IMG/VR virus record: IMGVR_UViG_3300005573_000001
DNA: 64,000 nt
Reading direction: 5' to 3' (one strand)
Source: a virus
The notes beneath the pieces were generated by a model that was not told the DNA's origin, did no database searches, and saw only the letters and a list, made by a program, of their open reading frames with translations. Within the stretch, counting starts at the first letter, position 1, and every line of letters begins with the position of its first letter. Position numbers and translations under genes: made by a program. Shown here one piece after another: positions 27,677-38,129 of this stretch.

Positions 27677-28438
27677 CTAAAACCGTAGTGTAACCTTAGA
27701 GCGCAAAATCGGGACAACAGAAGGAATCATAGTGTCAAAGAGAACATAGGCTATATCAGGCAGCTTGCGCGACATCAGAATATTACAGAACATAAAGAGA
27801 AGGTTAGCAGCAAACATGTTAGTAGCGATACTTTGCGGATTAGCTTGAGCATGGTCAGCGCAGGATAAATCGGTAGGTAACTTATCAGTAGGCGTAAGCA
27901 CATCTGGAAAGACGTCAGCAACAGTAGGATACAGCTTAGCAGAAGCAGTCCGCAGAGCAAACACAACTTGACCAGTATACTCCTCATTACCAGCATCGAT
28001 CCAAGCCAAAGGAGACGCAGTAAAGGTCGCATAGAACTTAGCGATCAAAGCACGAGTAGCATGATTATCAACACAGCCAACAATAACGTTCAAACAAGAA
28101 CGATCATAAGCAAGGAGGTGAGTTAAATGAGAAGAGTCAGTAACGTAAGCAGGCAAAGATTCGATTTGCAACCCATAGGCAGCGCCATACCGAGCTGCCA
28201 AGACAGCAGCTTTACTCTTGCCGACATCAGAACTAAGAAAGTTCTGACGCGCAACATTCTTAGGCTCAACTGTATCTGCATCAACAATACAGAGCTGTAT
28301 AGGAGAATCAGCATAGACAGTAGTGTTAAGAACAGAAATTTGCCGTGCAAGGTCTCTGATGAGATAGCCACCAGTTCCGCCAGTGCCAAGTACAACAAAA
28401 CGCATGGTTTGCACAGGCGGAAAAGTAAAACTAGGCAT
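27677..28438 (-). CDS. ThiF/E1-like adenylyltransferase (PRTRC type)
   Basis: VLGTGGTGG, DADTVEPKNVARQ, GCVDN, WIDAGN, LSCA. Confidence 0.88.
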   Translation of the reverse strand: MPSFTFPPVQTMRFVVLGTGGTGGYLIRDLARQISVLNTTVYADSPIQLCIVDADTVEPKNVARQNFLSSDVGKSKAAVLAARYGAAYGLQIESLPAYVTDSSHLTHLLAYDRSCLNVIVGCVDNHATRALIAKFYATFTASPLAWIDAGNEEYTGQVVFALRTASAKLYPTVADVFPDVLTPTDKLPTDLSCADHAQANPQSIATNMFAANLLFMFCNILMSRKLPDIAYVLFDTMIPSVVPILRSKVTLRF

Positions 28439-28455
28439 AATTAAAACCTCCAAAA

Positions 28456-29355
28456 CTACTTCCTAGGAAGAAAAGAAATAGAATCGTCATCGCCACACTT
28501 AGAGCTATTATCATTCAATGGATGCTTCGGTATCCACGAATATTGGGAAGGCTTAGAAGAACGGTCATGCTTACCCTTAGAAGACGTGGGCACGAAGGGA
28601 ACATCATAGTCAAGCATAGGACCATAAGCAGGAAGTTTCGGGTAGTCACTGTCATGGTCCATAATAACAGGAACAGACTTAGCCGGAGTACATTTTGCAA
28701 GCCACGCACTAGGAATCGGAACATCAAGATTATAGCCAGTATCAAATACATCACTAATATCAAGATCAACAAACGTAGAGAAAGTACTGTACCGAAACTT
28801 AAAAGTAGGCGTAGCATCCAGGTTACCAACGACCATTGCGACAACACGACGTTTCTTTTCATCAGCATCGTCAGTAGCAGAGAAGAAAGCAGACATAGAA
28901 GCATGACTATGACACGTAACAACCCAAACAGAAGTTTTAAGAACCTCCTGAAAGTCTGAGTCAGTCATAATATCATAGTGGGACGAAGCAGCGCCATTAG
29001 TCTGCGTAGGAACATAGACAAAGTACTCATTCGAAGTCTTACTCCACATAATATGAGCACTAGCCTCAGACTTATGCAGGTTGTAGATAGACTTAAAGAA
29101 GGAAACAACCTGAGAGAGAATTGAGAGAGGTATCTTACCATGAGTTAAGGAAAAACCCAAGGGCGGAGGCGGGTTCTTGACAGAAGTAGGTTGGGTAACC
29201 TTACTAACACAAACATAAGGATCAGCCTTAATAATCTCATAGAACCCATCAGAAGCAACAACATAACTCAATGGAGGCAACGTTCCATCAGCCTGATCAA
29301 TCTTCCAAGAATCATCTGAATAAACCTTACAGAACTTAGATAACAAATTTGACAT
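28456..29355 (-). CDS. JAB/MPN metallopeptidase (PRTRC protein A-like)
   Basis: E...HSHASMSAFFSATDDADE. Confidence 0.85.
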   Translation of the reverse strand: MSNLLSKFCKVYSDDSWKIDQADGTLPPLSYVVASDGFYEIIKADPYVCVSKVTQPTSVKNPPPPLGFSLTHGKIPLSILSQVVSFFKSIYNLHKSEASAHIMWSKTSNEYFVYVPTQTNGAASSHYDIMTDSDFQEVLKTSVWVVTCHSHASMSAFFSATDDADEKKRRVVAMVVGNLDATPTFKFRYSTFSTFVDLDISDVFDTGYNLDVPIPSAWLAKCTPAKSVPVIMDHDSDYPKLPAYGPMLDYDVPFVPTSSKGKHDRSSKPSQYSWIPKHPLNDNSSKCGDDDSISFLPRK

Positions 29356-29435
29356 ACATACTCCTTCAAATATAAAATTTAAGTACTTGACAATCATACT
29401 TAAAGTAGCTCTAGGATAAGCACGATTGCCAACTA

Positions 29436-29687
29436 TCAAGTTATCAGGACAACAGCAGCTTCTTGCATCCACTTCCGCCGGACAACTCGCAATGCGTCAG
29501 TACTCTTATATCTTATCACAATAGTGAGCGCCTGCATATGCTCATCGTTCAGGACCATAGTACCCCATTCCGACGTCCTAACGGTATTCATAGTTACGTC
29601 CACAACAGCATATACCGTCACTTGGAATACTAACAACTCCCAAGTCTCGCGCCAAACACACAATGGATTTTGCGTTTGCTTACCCAT
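29436..29687 (-). CDS. Hypothetical protein
   Basis: Short ORF filling gap. Confidence 0.35.
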   Translation of the reverse strand: MGKQTQNPLCVWRETWELLVFQVTVYAVVDVTMNTVRTSEWGTMVLNDEHMQALTIVIRYKSTDALRVVRRKWMQEAAVVLIT

Positions 29688-29689
29688 CT

Positions 29690-30064
29690 CTATTCCTGCG
29701 AATTACTAAGATAATGGGGTAGATCATCAAGGTCAGTCTGACCAAGTTCTTCATGATGCAACAGTGCAAATAAGTTCCATACAGCTGCAACAAGATGGTC
29801 CTCATCACGTAGCCCCATCATATACTTTACTAAGTGCCTGAAGGCAGAGTCAACATACCGCGAGAAGGGAAGCCCCTTCTCCCAATTACGAGGGGCGTAC
29901 TTCTGTGCACCAAGCTCGTACCAACGGGCTAACCGAGCCAAAGCAAACGGACTAATCAAGTCAAAACGGCCCCTACCGGAGGCCGGTTCGCGGGTAGCCC
30001 TGCCTTCACCATAAGACATACGTTCACCAGTATCATGCATATACAACCTCACATTATTACACAA
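29690..30064 (-). CDS. dATP/dGTP diphosphohydrolase-like (DUF5664) protein
   Basis: GRFDLISP...GAQKYAPRNWEKG...AFRHL...DEDHL..A.WN. Confidence 0.8.
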   Translation of the reverse strand: MCNNVRLYMHDTGERMSYGEGRATREPASGRGRFDLISPFALARLARWYELGAQKYAPRNWEKGLPFSRYVDSAFRHLVKYMMGLRDEDHLVAAVWNLFALLHHEELGQTDLDDLPHYLSNSQE

Positions 30065-30108
30065 AGTAGTATGGGGAAGCCATATCCTAGCTTCCCCACC
30101 GAAGATAA

Positions 30109-30306
30109 TTAACCCTTGCTACCAGCTTGCTGGTCCATGCGAAGGGTTCCCGTCTCGGGATCGAACTGATAAGAGCCCGGACCCTGAAGGATCGGAAAAT
30201 CCTGCTGAAGCTGACGAACAACTTCATCAACTGAAGCAGGAGTTTCAAGTTGAATCGTAGTTCCCAAGACTTCAACCTGAGTTACTTGTTCTTGGTTGTT
30301 AGACAT
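30109..30306 (-). CDS. Ubiquitin-like protein (PRTRC protein C-like)
   Basis: 65 aa, SVDEV....FP.L..., C-terminal AGSKG; AGGAGAGG RBS. Confidence 0.72.
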   Translation of the reverse strand: MSNNQEQVTQVEVLGTTIQLETPASVDEVVRQLQQDFPILQGPGSYQFDPETGTLRMDQQAGSKG

Positions 30307-30352
30307 ATGATCCTCTCCTTAAGTTTTATTTAGTATATTAACTCGTACACCT

Positions 30353-30619
30353 CTATCGGGTAGGACGAGAAACCTTGATCAACTTCTGATACTCGGCTCG
30401 AATAGCACGAACAAGCCGCATAAACTTAGACAACCGGACAAGACTAAAGACACTTGGACTAATCTGTCCGTCATCCTTAACAAGCCGGTCAAGGACTGTA
30501 ACTAGCTTAGGCAAGCAAGTAGTTACAGTTGCCATAAAGTCATTCTGAAGCTTTTGATTAGCCAGTATCTGATGCTGGACATGCAGTATCTGTCGTAACA
30601 AGTTCTCTGTTCGAAACAT
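30353..30619 (-). CDS. Hypothetical protein
   Basis: GGAGG RBS. Confidence 0.5.
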   Translation of the reverse strand: MFRTENLLRQILHVQHQILANQKLQNDFMATVTTCLPKLVTVLDRLVKDDGQISPSVFSLVRLSKFMRLVRAIRAEYQKLIKVSRPTR

Positions 30620-31118
30620 CTAAATCCTCCGTAGGACGTAATATAATGGGACCTAAGTTTGTGCAAGTAGAAAGCCAACGGTCAATGCCACGGTAGTAGT
30701 TATAAGACAGCGCCTCAAGCCAACAAGGGGGAAGCTGAGTACAGTCAGTAGTATCAAATGGGCAAGGGTCAGAACAACGCCGAATACTGAGAAGGTCAAC
30801 ATCATTAGGACAAGTAGTACAAAGATGATAAAGGACGTCTTCCAGAGCTAAGGTAGTAAGGTCAAACGTAGTAAAGCGGCTATTAATAAAGGCTTGGTAA
30901 GTGGCTAAATTCTCGGGATCCCCAAGAACTCCGGTCCAACAAGTCACACAAACATCAGAGGCATGAGCATTAGAAGCAATAGGACAACCCGACGGAGACA
31001 TGTGGGGAATACCAAAAACGTACGGACAAAGCCTTGTCTTTAGACGAGAGGCCAAGGCTACTATACTAGCCGGGTCGCCAGAAGACAAAGCTTTGTACAC
31101 CAAGGCAATACCAAGCAT
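30558..31118 (-). CDS. Cys-rich hypothetical protein
   Basis: Multiple Cys clusters. Confidence 0.5.
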   Translation of the reverse strand: MLGIALVYKALSSGDPASIVALASRLKTRLCPYVFGIPHMSPSGCPIASNAHASDVCVTCWTGVLGDPENLATYQAFINSRFTTFDLTTLALEDVLYHLCTTCPNDVDLLSIRRCSDPCPFDTTDCTQLPPCWLEALSYNYYRGIDRWLSTCTNLGPIILRPTEDLDVSNRELVTTDTACPASDTG

Positions 31119-31120
31119 AA

Positions 31121-33577
31121 CTATACCTCTTGGAATACAATATGATCATCAGGAGCAGATATAAAGATATGTGCACTCCTATCTATCTTACCATCAAGAA
31201 GGAGCTCAGACAAGGCATCCTCAACCTGACGCTGGATCTCACGGCGTAAAGGCCTAGCACCATAGGTAGGGTCATAAGACTTAGTAGCGAGATAGTCAAC
31301 TACAGAGGCATCATAAGAAAGATGTACGTCACGAGCAAGAAGGACAGTACACAACGAGTTAAGCATAAGAACAGCAATAGCCTTTAGGTCGTCGAGAGTA
31401 AGCCTACGGAATACAATAGTGTCATCAAGTCTGTTAAGAAACTCAGGCCGGAAATAAGTCTTCAGAGACTCAAGGAGCTGGGCCTTCATAGCTGCGTAGT
31501 CAGAATTAGGGTCGACAACATCAGGGGTCGCAAATCCAATGCCCTTCACCCTCTGAGCAACAGTAGTCACACCAATATTACTGGTCATAATGAGAATAGT
31601 ATTCTTGAAATCACAGACCCGGCCATGACTATCGGTAAGACGACCATCATCCATAATCTGAAGAAATAGGTTAAAAACAAGGGGGTGAGCTTTCTCAATC
31701 TCATCAAGCAGGATAACACTATAAGGATGGCGACGGACAGAAGCTGTCAACGCTTGAGCATCGTCATATCCAACATAACCCGGAGGTGAGCCAATTATCT
31801 TACTCACACTATGAGATTCAACATACTCAGACATATCCAGACGGACAATAGCGTCCTCACTTTCAAAGACAGCTTCGGCAAGAGCCTTACAAAGCTCTGT
31901 CTTGCCGACACCAGTAGGACCAAGGAACATAAAGGCAGCTATAGGACGCTTCGGGTGCTTAAGGCCTAACCTAGCTCTACGAACGGCGCGGGCGACAGCA
32001 GTAACAGCCTCATCCTGACCGATAACACGCCTATGCAGAATCTCCTCAAGAGCAGCCAAGCGCGATGCTTCGTCAAAAGTAAGTTTATTCAGAGGGATAT
32101 GAGTCCAACTGCTAACAACAGCATTAATGTGATCCACATCAACAACAGGAGTTATAGAGGACACATAAGTTTCCCAATCCTTTGTAGCAGCGGCAATGGC
32201 TGACTCAAGGGCTTCTTCCTCATCGTGGTAATAGGCAGCAGAGTAATAATCTTGCTTACGTACGGCATCCGCCTTACTAGCACGCGTCATCTCTAGTAAG
32301 CGCTCCAGATCACGTACATTCTTAGGAGGAGTAATATGATCAAGCTTTACACGAGAACTAGCCTCATCAATAACATCAATAGCTTTATCAGGCAAAAACC
32401 TATCGTTAATGTAGCGACTAGACAGCTCAACGGCAGTCTTAATAGCTGCATCTGTAAGAAGGACATTATGAAACTCCTGGTAACGGCCACGAAGCCCTTT
32501 TAATATATCTATGGCTTGATCAGGAGTAGGCTCCTCAACTAGAACAGCTTGGAAACGGCGTTCAAGGGCACTATCTTTCTCAATGTAGCGCCTATACTCG
32601 TCAAGAGTAGTAGCTCCTATAACCTGAATCTCACGCCGAGCTAAAGCAGGCTTAAGAATGTTAGCAGCATCCATAGCACCCTCAGCATTACCAGCCCCAA
32701 CCAAGGTATGGATCTCATCAATAAAGAGAATAACGTTACCAACAGACTGTAACTCATGAAGGGCCGTCTTAAGCCTATCCTCAAAATCGCCCCTAAACTT
32801 AGTACCGGCAACCATAGCAGCCAGGTCAAGAGCAACTACACGTTTACCCTTAAGGACGACAGGGACATCATTCGCGACGATTTTCTGAGCTAAGCCCTCA
32901 ACGATAGCAGACTTACCGACGCCAGCATCGCCAACAAGACATGGATTGTTCTTAGTCCTACGAGCAAGAATGTGAATTACGCGGTCAACTTCAGTTAGAC
33001 GACCTATAACAGGGTCAAGTTCTCCAAGAGCAGCTGCCTTAGTAAGATCCCGGCTAAACTTATCAAGCTCCGGGGTAGCTGTGGAAGCTGAAATATCAGA
33101 CGGTGAAGTATTTGGTTGAACCAAGGCATCAATATCAGCTATAATAGTCTGACGAATATTACAGGCATTAAAAAGATGGGTAGCGTCAGAGCGACAAAAC
33201 CTAACATAAGCATAAAGAAGGTGATGCGGCTCAATCAAGGGAACATCCTTAGAATTCCTAGGAAGCTGAGAGCGCATATACTGGTTAAGGTCATCCAGCA
33301 ACGCCTTAAAGCGATTAGAATAACCAGGAAGAGAAGACCCAACAGGTCGGGGAGACAGCAAAGGCGAAGGAAAAAGGCTTGACAGATAGCGCTCAACAGA
33401 CTCCCGAGTAGCACCATGGCGCGTAAGAATACTATAGACAGGGCCTACAGTAGGATCAAGCAAACCTATAAAGATATGTTCAGGCTCTATAACAGTATGA
33501 CCAGCAGCAAGGGCATAGCCAGAAGTCCTAGAAAGTAAGGCCATCGTAACAGGGGCCAACAGAGTATAATAAATCAT
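31121..33577 (-). CDS. clpC: ClpC-type AAA+ chaperone/unfoldase
   Basis: Clp N domain, [18 protein letters not shown]-like middle domain, [11 protein letters not shown] loop (GIGF), YGARPLRR. Confidence 0.93.
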   Translation of the reverse strand: MIYYTLLAPVTMALLSRTSGYALAAGHTVIEPEHIFIGLLDPTVGPVYSILTRHGATRESVERYLSSLFPSPLLSPRPVGSSLPGYSNRFKALLDDLNQYMRSQLPRNSKDVPLIEPHHLLYAYVRFCRSDATHLFNACNIRQTIIADIDALVQPNTSPSDISASTATPELDKFSRDLTKAAALGELDPVIGRLTEVDRVIHILARRTKNNPCLVGDAGVGKSAIVEGLAQKIVANDVPVVLKGKRVVALDLAAMVAGTKFRGDFEDRLKTALHELQSVGNVILFIDEIHTLVGAGNAEGAMDAANILKPALARREIQVIGATTLDEYRRYIEKDSALERRFQAVLVEEPTPDQAIDILKGLRGRYQEFHNVLLTDAAIKTAVELSSRYINDRFLPDKAIDVIDEASSRVKLDHITPPKNVRDLERLLEMTRASKADAVRKQDYYSAAYYHDEEEALESAIAAATKDWETYVSSITPVVDVDHINAVVSSWTHIPLNKLTFDEASRLAALEEILHRRVIGQDEAVTAVARAVRRARLGLKHPKRPIAAFMFLGPTGVGKTELCKALAEAVFESEDAIVRLDMSEYVESHSVSKIIGSPPGYVGYDDAQALTASVRRHPYSVILLDEIEKAHPLVFNLFLQIMDDGRLTDSHGRVCDFKNTILIMTSNIGVTTVAQRVKGIGFATPDVVDPNSDYAAMKAQLLESLKTYFRPEFLNRLDDTIVFRRLTLDDLKAIAVLMLNSLCTVLLARDVHLSYDASVVDYLATKSYDPTYGARPLRREIQRQVEDALSELLLDGKIDRSAHIFISAPDDHIVFQEV

Positions 33578-33603
33578 AAAACCTCCAAGTAAACACAGGA
33601 TAT

Positions 33604-34284
33604 TCAGCGAGAGGGCCTACCACAAGACAGAGAGCCCTCAGGGCAATGACCGCGTACGCAAGGTGGACCAGCTTGAGAAAAGATAGAGCGAGCTATAGGC
33701 AATACTAAGTCAAGCATAGTCCAAGCAAGATCGCGGATCTCCCATTGAGCACGGCTGCAACAACGAAGCTCAAAGAAATGCAAGAGCTCACGAGCGTTCA
33801 TCGTTAGTATTACCTTAGTAGTACAAGCGTTAGGTAACACATAACGAGCATCCTGCAGCGCCTCTTCCTTAGAGTAGCCGTGTTCAGCAAGCAAAGTGCC
33901 CCATTCCTTATACCAGTCAGCGATCTGGCACATCTGAGAACGAAAGCGGTCAACATACGTCTGTCCTAAGTTTTCTATCGTAGACGGAACTACGTAGGAA
34001 AACTGAGCTAAATCAACGTAACGCTGCGACTGGACGGAAAAGCTTGCTATTCTGTGCCTCGTAATCTGAGCAAGTAAGGCGCGAGACACGTCTTCTATCC
34101 CAAAGGTAAAGGCAACATGCTCTAACGGAGAAAGATGACCCATAGAAATCAGCTTAGTAATCAACTTAGGAGCATCGAGGCCTTCAGATAGAGCTTGGAT
34201 AGAGGAATTAGAATAACATAGCCTAGCAGCAAGCGCTACTGTACATTCAGGGTCAGGAGTATGAGTAAGCAACCCTACACGCAC
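33604..34284 (-). CDS. thyX: FAD-dependent thymidylate synthase
   Basis: [34 protein letters not shown]. Confidence 0.95.
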   Translation of the reverse strand: MRVGLLTHTPDPECTVALAARLCYSNSSIQALSEGLDAPKLITKLISMGHLSPLEHVAFTFGIEDVSRALLAQITRHRIASFSVQSQRYVDLAQFSYVVPSTIENLGQTYVDRFRSQMCQIADWYKEWGTLLAEHGYSKEEALQDARYVLPNACTTKVILTMNARELLHFFELRCCSRAQWEIRDLAWTMLDLVLPIARSIFSQAGPPCVRGHCPEGSLSCGRPSR

Positions 34285-34715
34285 GATGTTACACCACCCT
34301 TCATAAGAGCATGAAGTTCAGACAAGGTCTGGTCAAAGCGGCCTGCATCAAGGAGCAAGAAACGCAGAAACGGAACAGAAGCCACCAAGGCGCAATAGTC
34401 ATGATACTTCGCCAAAGACAAAGAAGGACACGGGCGTTTCTGTAGTTTATAATAGACATCTAGGATATACGGATGCTTAGTAACTATCTCAACTACAATA
34501 GTACTACGATACCGAGGAGTCAGCCTAGCAAGGACATTAGCAATAGAAGCAACAGCCTGATGTGTCAGAGAGACGGGGGGACTAGTCCATCGCAAAACAG
34601 TACGCTTAAGTACGGCACCATGAGAGACAGCAAGGAGAATGGCCACCCAGTCAAGGCCCTCATGCGTAATATAAATTTTAACTTTCATACTCATATCCCA
34701 AATGTAAAAACTCAT
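34275..34715 (-). CDS. Possible inactive RNase H-fold protein
   Basis: VKIYITHEG..WVAIL...VEIVTKHPY echoes the RNase HI layout without the acidic residues. Confidence 0.35.
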   Translation of the reverse strand: MSFYIWDMSMKVKIYITHEGLDWVAILLAVSHGAVLKRTVLRWTSPPVSLTHQAVASIANVLARLTPRYRSTIVVEIVTKHPYILDVYYKLQKRPCPSLSLAKYHDYCALVASVPFLRFLLLDAGRFDQTLSELHALMKGGVTSCV

Positions 34716-35281
34716 AGGCCGAAAGGATTATCAGCAGAATCGTCAGTAGAATCACTAGAAGATTCTTCTGAGGAATCCGCAGCAGAGGAACTATCGCTTT
34801 GCATAATACCGGCTAGGATAGCCTGAGTCAAGCGATCTATAAGAGCCATAAGGGCCAAAGGAGGCAACACCCTAGCAGCAGCAGCAAGCAACTGCGGCAG
34901 CAAAGACTCAAGGGTAAGCAAGAGCATAACCGAGTCAAAATCGGACATAATACCAGCCAGTAACGCACCCATACCACTAGAGTTCCGAAAGACGCCAGCA
35001 ATACAAGCAGCGTCAATGTGCCTTGGATCGGGAGCATTAACATCAATAGAAATAGGCAAGGGACTAGAGGGAACATGACGGGCTATCTCAGCATCAAAAA
35101 TCTGATGGAGGATGGAATCTCCCAAGGCAAGAGGAATAGAAGACTTGCCAGTACTTAGAGCAAGAAGACATGCCTTAAGGCAGTCATCAGTAAGTGGATG
35201 GTCAGCAGAGCCAGCCGAATTGTCAGAGGGGTTCCCAGACGAAGGCTCCTCAATATCAAAGAAATCAAACGTATCATCCAT
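34712..35281 (-). CDS. Hypothetical protein with acidic termini
   Basis: ORF. Confidence 0.5.
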   Translation of the reverse strand: MDDTFDFFDIEEPSSGNPSDNSAGSADHPLTDDCLKACLLALSTGKSSIPLALGDSILHQIFDAEIARHVPSSPLPISIDVNAPDPRHIDAACIAGVFRNSSGMGALLAGIMSDFDSVMLLLTLESLLPQLLAAAARVLPPLALMALIDRLTQAILAGIMQSDSSSAADSSEESSSDSTDDSADNPFGL

Positions 35282-35325
35282 AGCAACCTACGTACCTAAA
35301 CGGTACGACCTCACTTTACTTAAGA

Positions 35326-35496
35326 TTAATTACTAGACAACTGCTTAAGGAGCGACCTATATTTCATAGCAAGGTCTACTACCCGAGCAATAGTCTTTAT
35401 AGGTACTTTCTTCTGCCACCTAGGAGACAAACCTAACTGCCTCAACACATGCGGCGGCAACTCCAGATTCCGTATCAGTGATATAAATCTATCCAC
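35326..35496 (-). CDS. Small basic hypothetical protein (56 aa)
   Basis: GAGGT RBS then GTG; VDRFISLIRNLELPPH...; below ORF-track cutoff. Confidence 0.4.
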   Translation of the reverse strand: MDRFISLIRNLELPPHVLRQLGLSPRWQKKVPIKTIARVVDLAMKYRSLLKQLSSN

Positions 35497-35710
35497 TATA
35501 ATACCTCAAAACTAGTCGCGCCGCAAGCCTGTATAATAGGCAACGACATTATCATAGAAAGACTGCATGAATCAAACCTATGTCACATAACAAGGCGTAC
35601 TGAGCAACAGAGATAGGAATAATTACCACACAGCTATCAAAACAATTCATAAAGAGAATCTCATCACTATTACCGCGGCGGCTAACTCTAAACCCAAGGG
35701 GTTTTAACTT

Positions 35711-36091
35711 TTACTCCGTACCAGACTCGGCAGCATCCAAGGCACGTAGTACATCCACATAGTAGTGGAAGGAATCAAGAATATCAAGGCCGAAGTGCAG
35801 GAGTCCACAGTCACGAAAAAAGTTGTAGATATGCTCAGGAACAGGAGAGACAGAGACGCAGCTGAGGAAGAGAGCTGGCGTCGAATACTCAACACAGGAA
35901 GCTCCACAGCTAGACATATCATAGACAAAGACGGCATCAGGGTCATCAGAAAAGGTCGAACTGACGTAATTTTGATAGAAAGCTACGTCATCCTCATAGA
36001 TAGACAAATCGTCGCTAGTCATAAAGACTAACTCATAAAGCCCAAACTCGTCATCAGAGAAGCGAAATAAGTAATACATAAGACACCTCAA
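35711..36091 (-). CDS. Hypothetical acidic protein
   Basis: ORF. Confidence 0.45.
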   Translation of the reverse strand: MRCLMYYLFRFSDDEFGLYELVFMTSDDLSIYEDDVAFYQNYVSSTFSDDPDAVFVYDMSSCGASCVEYSTPALFLSCVSVSPVPEHIYNFFRDCGLLHFGLDILDSFHYYVDVLRALDAAESGTE

Positions 36092-36205
36092 TTCATGTAG
36101 TCATAGTCCTCAGAAAGGACAAACTTAACAGGGATTAATCCCACCACCGGTCAGAATAATTAGCAGAGAGAATAGTACGGATTTTACGTAAGAGCATAAC
36201 AAACC

Positions 36206-37129
36206 TCAGAACATAGGATCAGCGGGAGTATTACTAGCAAGCGGAGGTGGAGTACCAGGGGCAAAGGAAAAACCAGATAACTCAAGGAAAGTACTACGAG
36301 AAGCAGGAGGCATAACCGTCAGAACATGACGAAGAAGGGCGACCCACTGGTCAGGCAAAGCGTCACACGTAATAACAGGAGCAAGAGACTCAGTCCGAGG
36401 AATAGGACACGCAAGAACACGAGTCGGAGCAAATAAGTCAACGTAACGACAAAGAGCATCAGACTCCAGCAAGGCATTGATAATGGCTGAAGTAGTAGGA
36501 GGGGAACAAAGAAAATTATAGAGAGTAGAAGGGAGAATTAAGTACTTATGTACCGGTGAAACAAGAATGTGAACAGAAGAGGAGCGGGAAGAAACAACAT
36601 AGCTATAAATATCAGCCAGAAATATAAAGGACGTACATAATGTCTCGTAGGCATAGCCTAAACGATACTTAGTAGTCTTGTGAGAAAGACGAAGGCGGCG
36701 CTCATGATCAGCAAGAACAGTCAAATACAAGGACATTCCAGGATGCACAGGTACGAGCAAGTGACCATAGGAAGCGAAAATACAAGAGGCATGAACACTG
36801 CCATCAACTACAGTAGTCTCAGAAAGCAGAGGATAAAGGGCATTCGCATGAAGAGAAAGTAAATAATGTCGGGTACCCTGCGAAAGTACAACAGACCATG
36901 AATCAGAACAAGGAACTGAACGAGAACGAGACAAAGCAATAGTAAAGTCAGAGTTAGACAAAACATGTACTAGGGAAGACGCAGAAGAGGAGGAAGAGGC
37001 AATAACCTGAGCAGGGAACTGGTCAGTAGAAGTCATCGAGAAAACATCATATGCCCCAGTCTCGTGATCAGGGGTGGAAAGGACCGTAAGGACTATCCAA
37101 CGAGGAATGGACCAAACCTTAGCAAGCAT
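36206..37129 (-). CDS. Hypothetical protein
   Basis: Long ORF. Confidence 0.5.
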   Translation of the reverse strand: MLAKVWSIPRWIVLTVLSTPDHETGAYDVFSMTSTDQFPAQVIASSSSSASSLVHVLSNSDFTIALSRSRSVPCSDSWSVVLSQGTRHYLLSLHANALYPLLSETTVVDGSVHASCIFASYGHLLVPVHPGMSLYLTVLADHERRLRLSHKTTKYRLGYAYETLCTSFIFLADIYSYVVSSRSSSVHILVSPVHKYLILPSTLYNFLCSPPTTSAIINALLESDALCRYVDLFAPTRVLACPIPRTESLAPVITCDALPDQWVALLRHVLTVMPPASRSTFLELSGFSFAPGTPPPLASNTPADPMF

Positions 37130-37133
37130 AATA

Positions 37134-37346
37134 TCAACCTACAGACCTAAATAAGAAGGCAAGTAAGCGACGCCACCAAGAAAGTGGAGTCCGAAGGGCC
37201 ACATAGCGCCGCACAAGAGGGTCAGTAGAAAGCGTATAACCAAGAAACACGTCATCAACAAGGCGCTGGAATACATAACAAGACGTACAAGAGTCGGTAA
37301 AACCGCCGTCCTCGGTTAAGTACTCACAACTAGGATCACACTGCAT
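37134..37346 (-). CDS. Small Cys-containing hypothetical protein
   Basis: GAGGTG RBS. Confidence 0.45.
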   Translation of the reverse strand: MQCDPSCEYLTEDGGFTDSCTSCYVFQRLVDDVFLGYTLSTDPLVRRYVALRTPLSWWRRLLAFLFRSVG

Positions 37347-37355
37347 ACAAGCACC

Positions 37356-37757
37356 TCAGCCAGAGCTATCAGTAGTATAAGAATAACCACAGCGAGCACA
37401 TGTATAAGTATGGTCAAACATAGAGTCGGAGACCTCCTTAAAGACGTGCTCGCAGACAGCAAACTTAAACCAAGTAACAGGAATATAGTCAAGTACTAGG
37501 GCCAAGCCTGTACGATCAGGCCAGATAAATAGTTCAGCAGTCACGGAAGAAGGAAGGTCTTCGCCAGCATAGGTCTTATACATGCGACGTGATTCAACTA
37601 GAATAGGAGTAGAAGCATAGAAGCGATACCGCACTTCATCCGGCGTTGCAGGTTTCCAGTTAGGTGGCAGAGAATGACTAGTACCTAACTGAGAGTACCA
37701 GTCAGGACACTGAGCATCCAAGTCACGCGACCGGACAGGAGTAACAAGATAAACCAT
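37356..37757 (-). CDS. Hypothetical protein with C-terminal zinc ribbon
   Basis: CEH...CARCG. Confidence 0.55.
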   Translation of the reverse strand: MVYLVTPVRSRDLDAQCPDWYSQLGTSHSLPPNWKPATPDEVRYRFYASTPILVESRRMYKTYAGEDLPSSVTAELFIWPDRTGLALVLDYIPVTWFKFAVCEHVFKEVSDSMFDHTYTCARCGYSYTTDSSG

Positions 37758-37947
37758 AGAACGTCTCCATATATATTATAGACTACCTTCGGCAAGAACC
37801 GTTATCAATAGACAGAAGGTATACAAGAATACCAACATGAGCTAACCATTCAGCCTTACGAGGACAGGCAGGGGCAGTTGCCCAAAGCAATCCTATCACT
37901 AGTTTCCTGTACAGACTCTTCTAGAGCGCGCCAACCAATTCATATAA

Positions 37948-38070
37948 TGGGGATGGTGAGATTGTTTACTCACATGGCAGTCAAGCTCCCTGCCTAGCGC
38001 GTTTTCTCAACTTCTCTGTTGCAGCTCCTATCCTTTCGGACACGATAGCGTCTAATTCCGCCACATCCCC
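37948..38070 (-). ncRNA. tRNA-like RNA (Leu-like D and variable arms) with expanded non-canonical anticodon region
   Basis: Acceptor GGGGATG/CATCCCC+A, D arm GCG-GAATTAGA-CGC, long arm GGCAG/CTGCC, T stem GTGAG/CTCAC. Confidence 0.6.
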
Positions 38071-38129
38071 ATATTCAGCGAGGGAAGGTGAAAAAGATTA
38101 AAAGTCCTCCTCTCCTTAACGTAACCAAC

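Noticed and set aside
35859-35875. CAGCTGAGGA match to the module A msd stem as a possible target site
   Set aside because: Only a 10-nt match inside a coding region; expected by chance.
37948-38070. tmRNA
   Set aside because: It begins GGGGATG but has G3:C70 rather than G3:U70, is far too short and has no tag ORF.
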